Assembly: GCA_018819405.1 (NCBI GenBank)
Contig: JAHJQF010000001.1
Coordinates: 665,676 to 729,675, forward strand
Direction: 5' to 3'
Origin: Patescibacteria group bacterium
GTDB taxonomy: Bacteria; Patescibacteriota; Patescibacteriia; UBA1558; GWA2-36-10
DNA length: 64,000 nt
The stretch's first letter is position 1. Each line of letters opens with the position of its first letter. This document shows positions 37,331-45,723 of the stretch, piece after piece. The position numbers and the translations under genes are program-made. Below the pieces are notes generated by a model. The model ran no database searches and was not told where the DNA came from. It saw only the letters and a program-made list of their open reading frames with translations.

Positions 37331-38429
37331 AACGATAGGATTAGAGGCAACCAGAGCGGACAAAAAATACAAAACTGGTACAGAGTGGTATGCTTGGCAT
37401 TTATTAAATCAATTCAAAAAACTAGATAAAGAAAATAAATTTTTTGTCTATTATAATCAAAACCTTGCCGGTGATCTTATGGATGCACCGGAAAATTTTT
37501 ATTTTAAACAACTTAAATGGCCATTTTCAAAATTTTGGACTCACTTACGTCTTGGTTTTGAGCTGATTATTCACCCGGTGGAAAAGTTTTTTGCCTCCAA
37601 TGCAGTACCTATCATGGGTCGAGGTGAGATAATTGTGACAATTCATGATTTGGGGTTTTTGAAAAATCCTGATTTATATCATCCTTTGGAAAGATGGTAT
37701 CAGAAATGGTCACACAATATCGCTGTCAAAAGATCCAAAAAGATAATAACTATATCCAATGCCACAAAGCAGGATATTATAAAGTATTATCCTCAAGCTA
37801 AAGATAAAATAAAAGTTATCTATCTTGGTTGGGATAGTTCAGAGTTTGGCCCTATCTCAAGAGAGGATAAGTTAGGATATGTTGACGAGCATGATCATCC
37901 GGAAAAGTACATACTTTATACTGGCCGGATTGAGACTAAAAAAAATGTCCAAAATCTTATACGAGCATATCGTATGGGCAATTTCAAATGGCCTCTTATG
38001 TTGGCTGGCCGGCCGGGTAATTTTGGCTATCAAGAAATCCAAAATATGATAAAAGACACCAAGATAAAAAATGACGTAATAATTCTTGGTTATGTTAGTC
38101 AAAAAAATTATACCAAGCTGATTGCTAGTGCTAGTATGTTTGTCTTTCCCTCCAAATTTGAAGGCTTTGGATTGCCGATTTTGGAGGCAATGGCTTCTGG
38201 AGTGCCGGTTGTGTGTTCAGATATGCCTGTTTTACACGAGGTGGCAGGTGAAGCAGCTGTTTATTTTGATCCTGATAATCCACAAGATATTAAAGATAAA
38301 ATGACTCAGGTGTATCAGGAAGAAAGATTACGAGAAATATTAATAGCTAAAGGTTTGAAAAGAGCTGGGAATTTTTCTTGGCAAAAATGTGCCCAAGAAA
38401 CACTAGACTATATTTTAGATAAGTCTTGA
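37326..38429 (+). CDS. GT4 glycosyltransferase
   Basis: TIHDL, GRIETKKN, FPSKFEGFGLPILEAMASG. Confidence 0.93.
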   Translation: MKTIGLEATRADKKYKTGTEWYAWHLLNQFKKLDKENKFFVYYNQNLAGDLMDAPENFYFKQLKWPFSKFWTHLRLGFELIIHPVEKFFASNAVPIMGRGEIIVTIHDLGFLKNPDLYHPLERWYQKWSHNIAVKRSKKIITISNATKQDIIKYYPQAKDKIKVIYLGWDSSEFGPISREDKLGYVDEHDHPEKYILYTGRIETKKNVQNLIRAYRMGNFKWPLMLAGRPGNFGYQEIQNMIKDTKIKNDVIILGYVSQKNYTKLIASASMFVFPSKFEGFGLPILEAMASGVPVVCSDMPVLHEVAGEAAVYFDPDNPQDIKDKMTQVYQEERLREILIAKGLKRAGNFSWQKCAQETLDYILDKS

Positions 38430-38454
38430 CAAAAATAGTAAAATTTGGTATATA
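38426..38454 (+). promoter_or_regulatory. Promoter of rnpB
   Basis: TTGACA-17 nt-TATATA with extended TG. Confidence 0.65.
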
Positions 38455-38462
38455 CATAACAT

Positions 38463-38963
38463 AGGCTTAAAAACCAAGGTAATCGCCGTGAACCACTCGC
38501 TTTGCTCGGGTACACGGCTCACGCCGCGTAGAGTAAAAGGGCTTGCCCTGATACCCGAACGGAGTGAGTGGTTCAGGGAGGAAAGTCCGAACACCATAAA
38601 AAAGTTAGTTGGTAACGCCAACCGATTGTAAGGGTGACTTTACAGTTAGAACAAGTGCAACAGAAAGTAAACCGCCCTGAGCATTGTGAGGGGTAAGGGT
38701 GAAAATGTGAGGTAAGAGCTCACGCGTTAGTGTGGTGACACATTAAAAGAGGTAAACTTTTAGCTGGTGAAAGGTCAAATAGGCTCTGAAAAGAGCGGGT
38801 AGACTGCTTGAGTCTATAGGCGACTATAGACCTAGATAGATGATTACCGGCGTAAAACTCACTTCGTTCGCCACGCGGCACGCCATGGATATATTGCACG
38901 CGTGACGTGACGAGCGAAGCGAGTTTTACGTCACAGAATTCGGCTTATTAGGTTTTTAAGCCT
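38463..38963 (+). ncRNA. rnpB: RNase P RNA with expanded P3 and P19-region helices
   Basis: P1 aggcttaaaaacc/ggtttttaagcct; universal motifs GAGGAAAGTCC, AGTGCAACAGAAAG, GGTAAAC, ACAGAATTCGGCTTA. Confidence 0.95.
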
Positions 38964-38970
38964 TTTTTAT

Positions 38971-39006
38971 TTTGACTCGTTGGAGATTATTCTCCAACGG
39001 GTTTTG
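38971..39006 (-). repeat. Variant CCCGTT-family palindrome
   Basis: Minus strand CAAA[acccgttggaga-ataa-tctccaacgagt]CAAA. Confidence 0.55.
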
Positions 39007-39019
39007 TGTAAAAAAAGAA

Positions 39020-39208
39020 GGGGACTGTTCTAAAACAGTCCCCGGCCACTCTTCTTGCCCTTGGTAGGCATGATTTGTGGCTTGGCTAATGCCCAGATGA
39101 TCCGGGCAAGTAGCCGCCAGACAGTGAGGCAGTACTCGATGGGGAAGAGGATGATTTCACTTCTTTATTTAGACATATCATTATAGCATATTTTTAGTAA
39201 ATTGTCAA
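39020..39208 (-). pseudogene. Vestigial GC-rich cassette (promoter, gene remnant, terminator)
   Basis: Perfect TTGACA-17-TATAAT (39180-39208); ATG TCT AAA TAA in frame with RSEIILFPIEYCLTVWRLLARIIWALAK...; terminator at 39020-39043. Confidence 0.45.
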
Positions 39209-39256
39209 TATATATTTATTTACTAAATAAAGCCTAAATGTTATAGTATCTATACT

Positions 39257-40645
39257 ATGAAAAGAGCAAATTTTGTTGTAAATATTGCTTTAGTGCCAAT
39301 TGATTTTATATTGGTGATATTAGCGGCTGTTTCCGCTTATTTTTTACGTTTTTCAGATAATATTTCTGAGATAAGGCCAGTTTTTTATGAATTACCATTT
39401 AGTGAGTTTTTGGATTTGGCCTTAAAAGTATCGTTAGTGTCAATTTTAGTTTTTGCCATGTCGGGTTTTTATACTATGCGGGATAAAAAACTAGCCAAGG
39501 AATTGCCCAAAATTTTTAGTGGTGTTTCTACCGTGGGTATAATAATTATTTTATCTATTTTTTGGCAAAGAGAATTATTTTCATCCAGATTTATAATAAT
39601 ATTTTCCTGGGCTCTCACCATTGTGTATTTATTTTTGGCTAGAATTATTATTTTTTCTATTAGAAATTATTTTCTAAAAAAAGGATACGGACACTCCAAT
39701 ATCATTGTTTTAGGTTCGGAAGAAAGTAGAAACACTCTTGTAGATGAATATAAAAAAAAGCCCCAGTTGGGATTTACAGTCTTAGGGGAATTTACCAATT
39801 TATCTAGCTTAAAACAATCATTAGATATTCAAGAAAAAATCCAAAATAAAAAAGTAGACAGTATTATACAAACTGATTCCTCAATTGGTAAGACTGAGGC
39901 TTTAGATCTTTTGACGTATGCTCAGGAAAATCATATTAGCCTAAAATATGTTGCTTCTTTGTTTCAGACCCAGAGTCTTAACCTAAATATTATTAGCTTG
40001 GCTGGGCAACCTATTATAGAGATACAGGGCACGCCTTTGGATGGTTGGCGCAGAGTTTATAAAAGAATTTTCGATTGTGTAATGGCTATAGTATTGATTA
40101 TTATGCTATCTCCATTATTGTTAATTCTAGCCTTAATAGTAAAGTTTAGTTCATCAGGACCGGTCATAGTCAGGCTACAAAGAGTCGGCGTTAAGGGCAG
40201 ATCATTTTCAATGTACAAATTTCGTTCAATGATAAAAGGTGCCGAAAAAATGAAAAAAGAAATATTAGACCTAAATGAAAGATCCGATGGTCCTTTGTTT
40301 AAGATAAAAGACGACCCTAGAATAACCAAGTTTGGTAAATGGCTGAGACGAACCAGTCTAGATGAGCTTCCTCAACTTTTTAATGTACTAGCTGGACATA
40401 TGAGTCTAGTAGGTCCTCGTCCCCATGAGCCTCAGGAAGTAGATCGCTATCAAAGGGGCTACAAAAAACTTTTGACTATCAAACCTGGTATCACCGGCAT
40501 GGCTCAAGTTTCTGGACGTTCCAATTTACCTTTTACTGAGGAGGCAAAACTGGATATTTTTTATATAGAAAATTGGTCTGTGCTTTTGGATTTGATAATT
40601 TTGTTAAAAACTCCGAAAGCTATGTTTGAAGGAGACCGCGTCTAA
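39257..40645 (+). CDS. Polyprenyl-phosphate sugar phosphotransferase (WcaJ/WbaP family)
   Basis: KRIFD, YKFRSM, DDPRITKFG, SLDELPQLFNV, SLVGPRP, KPGITG. Confidence 0.95.
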   Translation: MKRANFVVNIALVPIDFILVILAAVSAYFLRFSDNISEIRPVFYELPFSEFLDLALKVSLVSILVFAMSGFYTMRDKKLAKELPKIFSGVSTVGIIIILSIFWQRELFSSRFIIIFSWALTIVYLFLARIIIFSIRNYFLKKGYGHSNIIVLGSEESRNTLVDEYKKKPQLGFTVLGEFTNLSSLKQSLDIQEKIQNKKVDSIIQTDSSIGKTEALDLLTYAQENHISLKYVASLFQTQSLNLNIISLAGQPIIEIQGTPLDGWRRVYKRIFDCVMAIVLIIMLSPLLLILALIVKFSSSGPVIVRLQRVGVKGRSFSMYKFRSMIKGAEKMKKEILDLNERSDGPLFKIKDDPRITKFGKWLRRTSLDELPQLFNVLAGHMSLVGPRPHEPQEVDRYQRGYKKLLTIKPGITGMAQVSGRSNLPFTEEAKLDIFYIENWSVLLDLIILLKTPKAMFEGDRV

Positions 40646-40649
40646 TATA

Positions 40650-40715
40650 TTATCCCACTTATATGTTAATGGGGGGGGGTAATAAAGCTTGATTATTAAT
40701 TTATAATGAGGTGAA
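40650..40715 (+). repeat. Decayed CCCGTT-family copy with a G9 tract, ending at the GTG start
   Basis: attattaatttataatgagGTGaaaa matches 42964-42989 at 23/26 positions. Confidence 0.55.
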
Positions 40716-41793
40716 AAAGGTTGCTTTAGCTCATGATCATTTGTTTCAAATAGGTGGCGCAGAAAAAGTACTAGCTACCTTGTCTGGTATATATCATCAG
40801 GCACCTATTTTTACATTGATTAATGACAAAAAAATAAGCAGAAAAATTTTGCCACAAGAAAATATAGAGACTTCAAAGTTGCAGAATGTCCCAAAAATTA
40901 TATATTTGTTTAAACTTTTTTTGTTGTACATGCCAAAAATTTGGGAAAAAACTGATCTGAGTCGTTATGATATTATTATTTCTTCTTCCTCAGCTTTTGT
41001 AAAAGGTCTTTATAAAGGAAATAATAGTAAACATATTTGTTATTGTCATGCTCCTACTCGGTATCTTTGGGATGACAAAGAGGAATATATTATTAATTTA
41101 CCGGAGGGTAAGTTTTTAAAAATATTTCTACCACACTTTTTGAATAAATTACAAAATTGGGATTTTTCTAAGGCACAAGACGTTGATTATTTCATAGCTA
41201 ATTCAAATTTTATAGCTGATAAAATAAAAAAACATTACAAAAGGGATTCACTTGTGATTTATCCCCCCATAAATGTAAATGAATTTGAATTAGCTGATAA
41301 AATAGAAAATTATTTTTTGATTGTCAGCCGTCTCAGGCCATATAAAAAAGTAGATTTAGCAATCAAGGCTTTTAATAACCTAAAATTACCTTTGAAAGTT
41401 ATTGGTTCTGGTTCAGAATTGACACGTTTGAAAAAAATGGCTCATTCTAATATTGAATTTCTAGGTGAGCTTGATGATAAGCAGAGAAATTATTATCTAT
41501 CACGCTGTCGGGCCTTTATATATCCGCAGATAGAAGACTTTGGTATATCAGCTTTGGAAGCTATGGCATCAGGACGGCCAGTAATAGCTTATGCTAAAGG
41601 TGGAGCCTTGGAAACAGTGATAGAGGGCTTAAGTGGTACCTTTTTTGACGATCAGACCTGGGAATCATTGGCTCACAAAATTTTGCGCTTTGATGATGGG
41701 CAATATGACAAAAATAAGATAAGAGAACACGCCAAAAAATTTGACGAAGTAGTCTTTAGACAAAAAATATTAAATTTTGTTGAGAATATATGA
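40711..41793 (+). CDS. GT4 glycosyltransferase
   Basis: AHDHL..GGAEKV, CHAPTRYLW, EDFGISALEAMASG. Confidence 0.93.
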   Translation: MKKVALAHDHLFQIGGAEKVLATLSGIYHQAPIFTLINDKKISRKILPQENIETSKLQNVPKIIYLFKLFLLYMPKIWEKTDLSRYDIIISSSSAFVKGLYKGNNSKHICYCHAPTRYLWDDKEEYIINLPEGKFLKIFLPHFLNKLQNWDFSKAQDVDYFIANSNFIADKIKKHYKRDSLVIYPPINVNEFELADKIENYFLIVSRLRPYKKVDLAIKAFNNLKLPLKVIGSGSELTRLKKMAHSNIEFLGELDDKQRNYYLSRCRAFIYPQIEDFGISALEAMASGRPVIAYAKGGALETVIEGLSGTFFDDQTWESLAHKILRFDDGQYDKNKIREHAKKFDEVVFRQKILNFVENI

Positions 41794-42911
41794 CAATAGG
41801 CATTGATATACGAGCATTATCAAATAAAAAGCTGACCGGTATTGGTAAGTATATTTATTATGCTATAGAAAATATTCTTTTGTATGACAAAAGCAATAAA
41901 TATATTTTGATAAGTTCTGGTGTGCGAAAAAATGCTTATAGTCATTTAAAATTTGATGCTGATAATTTATCTTATCGTCATATAAGTATACCCAATAAAT
42001 TACTTAATTTATTTTTTTATCTGGGTATTGGTAAAAGATGGTGTCATCAGTTTTCCAAAGACATTGATGTACTATGGATGCCCAATTTAAATTTTTATCA
42101 GATTGACAAATCAGTGCCATTAGTTTTGACAGTTCATGATTTGTCATTTTTGCATGATAGGGAATTTTATTCTTTAAAGAGAAGATATTGGCATAAGACG
42201 CTCAAGATAGATAGATTAGTCAAAAAAGCGGCGCAGATAATTGCTGTCTCGGCTAACACCAAAAGAGATATCGTCCGTTTTTTCCCCACTACCCAAGATA
42301 AGATACAAGTTATAAATCCGGGCGTGCATACTGTGGCTTTAGATGATGCCAAAGCTACTGAGCTTTTGAAAAAATATAATGTTCCAGAAAAATATTTTGT
42401 CTACGTAGGCACTCTTGAACCACGAAAAAATATAGCCAGCATTATCAAAGCTTTTGATCGTTTACATCTTGACTATCCGGATATATATTTACTTATTGCC
42501 GGTGGCAAAGGTTGGGTCTATAAAAATATCTTAAAAAATATTAATAAGCGTAATTATGTTCATTATCTTGACTATGTTGATTCACCAGCCAAAAATGCTC
42601 TATATTACAAAAGTCTTGGTTTGATTTGGCCCTCTTTTTATGAAGGTTTTGGTTTTCCACCAATGGAGGCTCTGTATTATAATATTCCAGTTATTGTCAG
42701 CTACAAGACATCTTTGCCTGAGACCCTAGGTGATCAGGCATTGTATGTGGATCCTTATAATATTTCAGATATTTATGAAAATATGAAATTTATCATTGAG
42801 GATAAAGAATTTAGCAAACAATATACTGCTTCAGCCAAGAATTTTAAATTGCCTAGTTGGCCAGAACAAGCCAAACAAATAGTAGACTTATTTAATAATA
42901 TAAAGAAATGA
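41790..42911 (+). CDS. GT4 glycosyltransferase
   Basis: TVHDL, GTLEPRKN, PSFYEGFGFPPMEA. Confidence 0.93.
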   Translation: MTIGIDIRALSNKKLTGIGKYIYYAIENILLYDKSNKYILISSGVRKNAYSHLKFDADNLSYRHISIPNKLLNLFFYLGIGKRWCHQFSKDIDVLWMPNLNFYQIDKSVPLVLTVHDLSFLHDREFYSLKRRYWHKTLKIDRLVKKAAQIIAVSANTKRDIVRFFPTTQDKIQVINPGVHTVALDDAKATELLKKYNVPEKYFVYVGTLEPRKNIASIIKAFDRLHLDYPDIYLLIAGGKGWVYKNILKNINKRNYVHYLDYVDSPAKNALYYKSLGLIWPSFYEGFGFPPMEALYYNIPVIVSYKTSLPETLGDQALYVDPYNISDIYENMKFIIEDKEFSKQYTASAKNFKLPSWPEQAKQIVDLFNNIKK

Positions 42912-42987
42912 ACCCTGTTAGAAATTTGAACACGTAATTTCTTAAGGGGTGAAGTAAAAATTAATTATTAATTTCTAACGGGGTGAA
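42909..42987 (+). mobile_element. CCCGTT-family palindromic insertion inside the ATGA stop-start overlap (tandem composite)
   Basis: A-TGAA[ccctgttagaaatt...aatttctaacgggg]TGAA, with an internal decayed arm taatttcttaaggggTGAA. Confidence 0.85.
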
Positions 42988-44071
42988 AATTGCTATAGAC
43001 TTTAGAATATTTGGTACTAAATATGGTGGCTTGGGACGCTACAATCATGAGTTTTTACGTCACCTTATAAAAATAGATTCTCAAAACAAATATATTCTTA
43101 TTTTCAAAGAAGATCCAGGACTTGATTTGCCGAAAAATTTTCAAGTTGAGATTTGTGATTGTCACTGGTATAGTTTCAAAGAACAGTTTGTCTTACCATA
43201 TATTTTATATAAAATAAAACCAGATTTAGTGCATTTTACCCATTTCAATGTGCCTATTTTATATAATAGTCCATATGTCGTGACTATCCATGATCTGATA
43301 ATGACAAAATTTCCCAGCCAGCGAGCTAGCACACATAGTCGTATATTTTTTAGGTTAAAGTATTGGTTTTATCAGCAGGTGATAAGACACGCTATTTTCA
43401 ATTCAGAAAGTATAATAGCTGTCTCCAAATTTACTGCTCAAGATATAATAAAATATTTTGAATTTACTGATGTTGAGAGTAAAAAAATTCAAGTTATTTA
43501 TGAAGGTGTGTCTCAAGTTGAACCCAGTCAAAAAGAAGCTTTTAATCTACCAAAAAACTTTTTTCTTTACGTGGGTAATGCCTATCCTCATAAAAATTTA
43601 GAATTTTTGATAAACGCATTTGAAATGTTTTTTAATAAACACCCGGAATATCATTTGGTATTAGCCGGTAGCAAGGATTATTTTTACAAGCGTTTAGAGT
43701 CAGAGACAAAGTGTCCAAATATTATATTTACCGGCCATATTACAGATGATGTATTGGCCTCATATTATAAAAATGCTAGAGCTTATGTCTTTCCTTCAAA
43801 GTATGAAGGTTTTGGCCTACCACCTTTGGAGGCTATGGCTCATTCTCTGCCAGTATTATCTAGTCAGGCATCTTGTCTGCCAGAGATATTAGGACATAGC
43901 GCCTTATATTTTGATCCTGATGATCAAAATGATTTGTTCCAAAAGATGGAAGAGATAGTTGCAAATAATCTTTTACGTGCCGAGCTTATAAAAGCCGGAC
44001 TCAAACAAATACAAAAATATTCTTGGTCTGATATGACCAAAAAAATACTAGAAGTTTACAAAAATTATTAG
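42983..44071 (+). CDS. GT4 glycosyltransferase
   Basis: TIHDL, VGNAYPHKN, FPSKYEGFGLPPLEAM. Confidence 0.93.
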   Translation: MKIAIDFRIFGTKYGGLGRYNHEFLRHLIKIDSQNKYILIFKEDPGLDLPKNFQVEICDCHWYSFKEQFVLPYILYKIKPDLVHFTHFNVPILYNSPYVVTIHDLIMTKFPSQRASTHSRIFFRLKYWFYQQVIRHAIFNSESIIAVSKFTAQDIIKYFEFTDVESKKIQVIYEGVSQVEPSQKEAFNLPKNFFLYVGNAYPHKNLEFLINAFEMFFNKHPEYHLVLAGSKDYFYKRLESETKCPNIIFTGHITDDVLASYYKNARAYVFPSKYEGFGLPPLEAMAHSLPVLSSQASCLPEILGHSALYFDPDDQNDLFQKMEEIVANNLLRAELIKAGLKQIQKYSWSDMTKKILEVYKNY

Positions 44072-45676
44072 ATGTTTAAAGATAAAAATAATTTATTATT
44101 TATACTTTTATCAGGCTTGATAGGTTTGGGTATTTTTATGTTTGTTTATTCTGAAACTCTTGATCCCAGATATGATGCTTGGATATTTACTACTGGGCAT
44201 GATACTACTCAGAGTTATGTAGGTTGGATTATGTATCGCAATTCAGACTGGACCTTTCCAATTGGTATAGCTAAAAATTATGCCTATCCAATAGGAGCTT
44301 CTATCAGCTCTGCTGATTCTATACCAATTTTAGCTATACCTTTTAAAGTTATTAGAAATTTTTTGCCGACTACTTTTCAGTACTTTGGATTTTGGATAAT
44401 GCTGTGCTTTGTTTTTCAGGCAATATTTGGATTTTTGTTGGCCAAGATTTTTTTAAAAGATGATAGTTTGTCTATATTGGCAAGTGTATTTTTTGTCTTT
44501 AGCCCAACAATGCTTTTTAGGCTGGGTGGTCATTTTGCTCTGGGTGGTCATTTTTTGATTTTGGCTGGGCTCTATTTACTACTTAAAAAACAAATAAAAT
44601 CCTATATTTGGTGGTGGCCACTTTTGATGGCGTCACTCTTAGTCCATCCATATTTGTTGTTTATAAATTTCTTTTTATTTTTGGCTCATACTCTGATACT
44701 CTGGACTGATAAAAATATAAACACCCTTAAGCTATTTTTATACATATTTCTACAGATTATATTTGTCTTGTTGTTGACTTATGTCTTGGGATTGTTTTCA
44801 TTGTCTAGCGCTGGGGCGCCTGGTTTTGGAGATTTTTCCATGAACTTAAACGCAATATTTAACCCTTTAGGCTGGTCCAAAATTTTACCAGACTGGCCTT
44901 TGATAAGATATCAAGAAGAAGGCTTCAATTATTTGGGTCTGGGTAGTTTGATATTAGTATTTTTTTCTTTTTATTATTTTATCAAAAATAAAAAATATAA
45001 AAAAGCCGGGGGAAAATACTGGCCTATATTTTTGGTATTATTAATTTTATTTTTTCTAGCTATTTCCAATACAGTGGCGATTTCTGATAAAATATTATGG
45101 ACTGTAGCGCTACCAAAGATGATAAGTGAAGATATATTGGGTATTTTCCGTTCCTCAGGACGACTTTTCTGGCCAATATATTATTTGTTAATGCTGGGCT
45201 CTTTTTATATCTTAAAAAATATAAAATATAATTGGTCAATAATTTTAATGGCAATATTTTTGTTGATGCAGGTCTATGATTTATCTCACAAAGTATATTA
45301 TAGGGGTTTGGAATTTGAAGGTCAGCTATGGCAAAATCAGTATTTAGAAAAAGAGATGCCTATTATTGCCAGAGGCTATAAACATATTTCTTTTTTGCCA
45401 CTTGTACCGCATCGCAACTATATGGATTATGCTATTTTTGCGGCTAATAATAATATGACTATCAATAATGGCTTTTTTGCCCGCCAAGATGAAAATTTAG
45501 ACAAACATATTGAACAAGAGATAAAAGAAGTAAAAGGCGGACTTATACAGACTGACACGATTTATATTTTTTCTCGTGATCATGAAGACTTTATAAAAAA
45601 TCTAGATATGAGCCAACATCTTTTAACACAAATTGATAATACTTTTGTGCTTTCCCCGTACTATAAACAAAAATAA
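44072..45676 (+). CDS. Multi-pass membrane protein (DUF6311-like, possible GT-C)
   Basis: WTFPIG...YPIG...DSIP, QYFGFW, EGFNYLGLG, FRSSGRLFWP. Confidence 0.75.
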   Translation: MFKDKNNLLFILLSGLIGLGIFMFVYSETLDPRYDAWIFTTGHDTTQSYVGWIMYRNSDWTFPIGIAKNYAYPIGASISSADSIPILAIPFKVIRNFLPTTFQYFGFWIMLCFVFQAIFGFLLAKIFLKDDSLSILASVFFVFSPTMLFRLGGHFALGGHFLILAGLYLLLKKQIKSYIWWWPLLMASLLVHPYLLFINFFLFLAHTLILWTDKNINTLKLFLYIFLQIIFVLLLTYVLGLFSLSSAGAPGFGDFSMNLNAIFNPLGWSKILPDWPLIRYQEEGFNYLGLGSLILVFFSFYYFIKNKKYKKAGGKYWPIFLVLLILFFLAISNTVAISDKILWTVALPKMISEDILGIFRSSGRLFWPIYYLLMLGSFYILKNIKYNWSIILMAIFLLMQVYDLSHKVYYRGLEFEGQLWQNQYLEKEMPIIARGYKHISFLPLVPHRNYMDYAIFAANNNMTINNGFFARQDENLDKHIEQEIKEVKGGLIQTDTIYIFSRDHEDFIKNLDMSQHLLTQIDNTFVLSPYYKQK

Positions 45677-45723
45677 TTTTTATCCTTTGTTTTTTGTTAT
45701 ATTTTCTGTTATAATATATTTTG

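Noticed and set aside
38415-38621. 68-aa minus-strand ORF
   Set aside because: Antisense to RNase P RNA.
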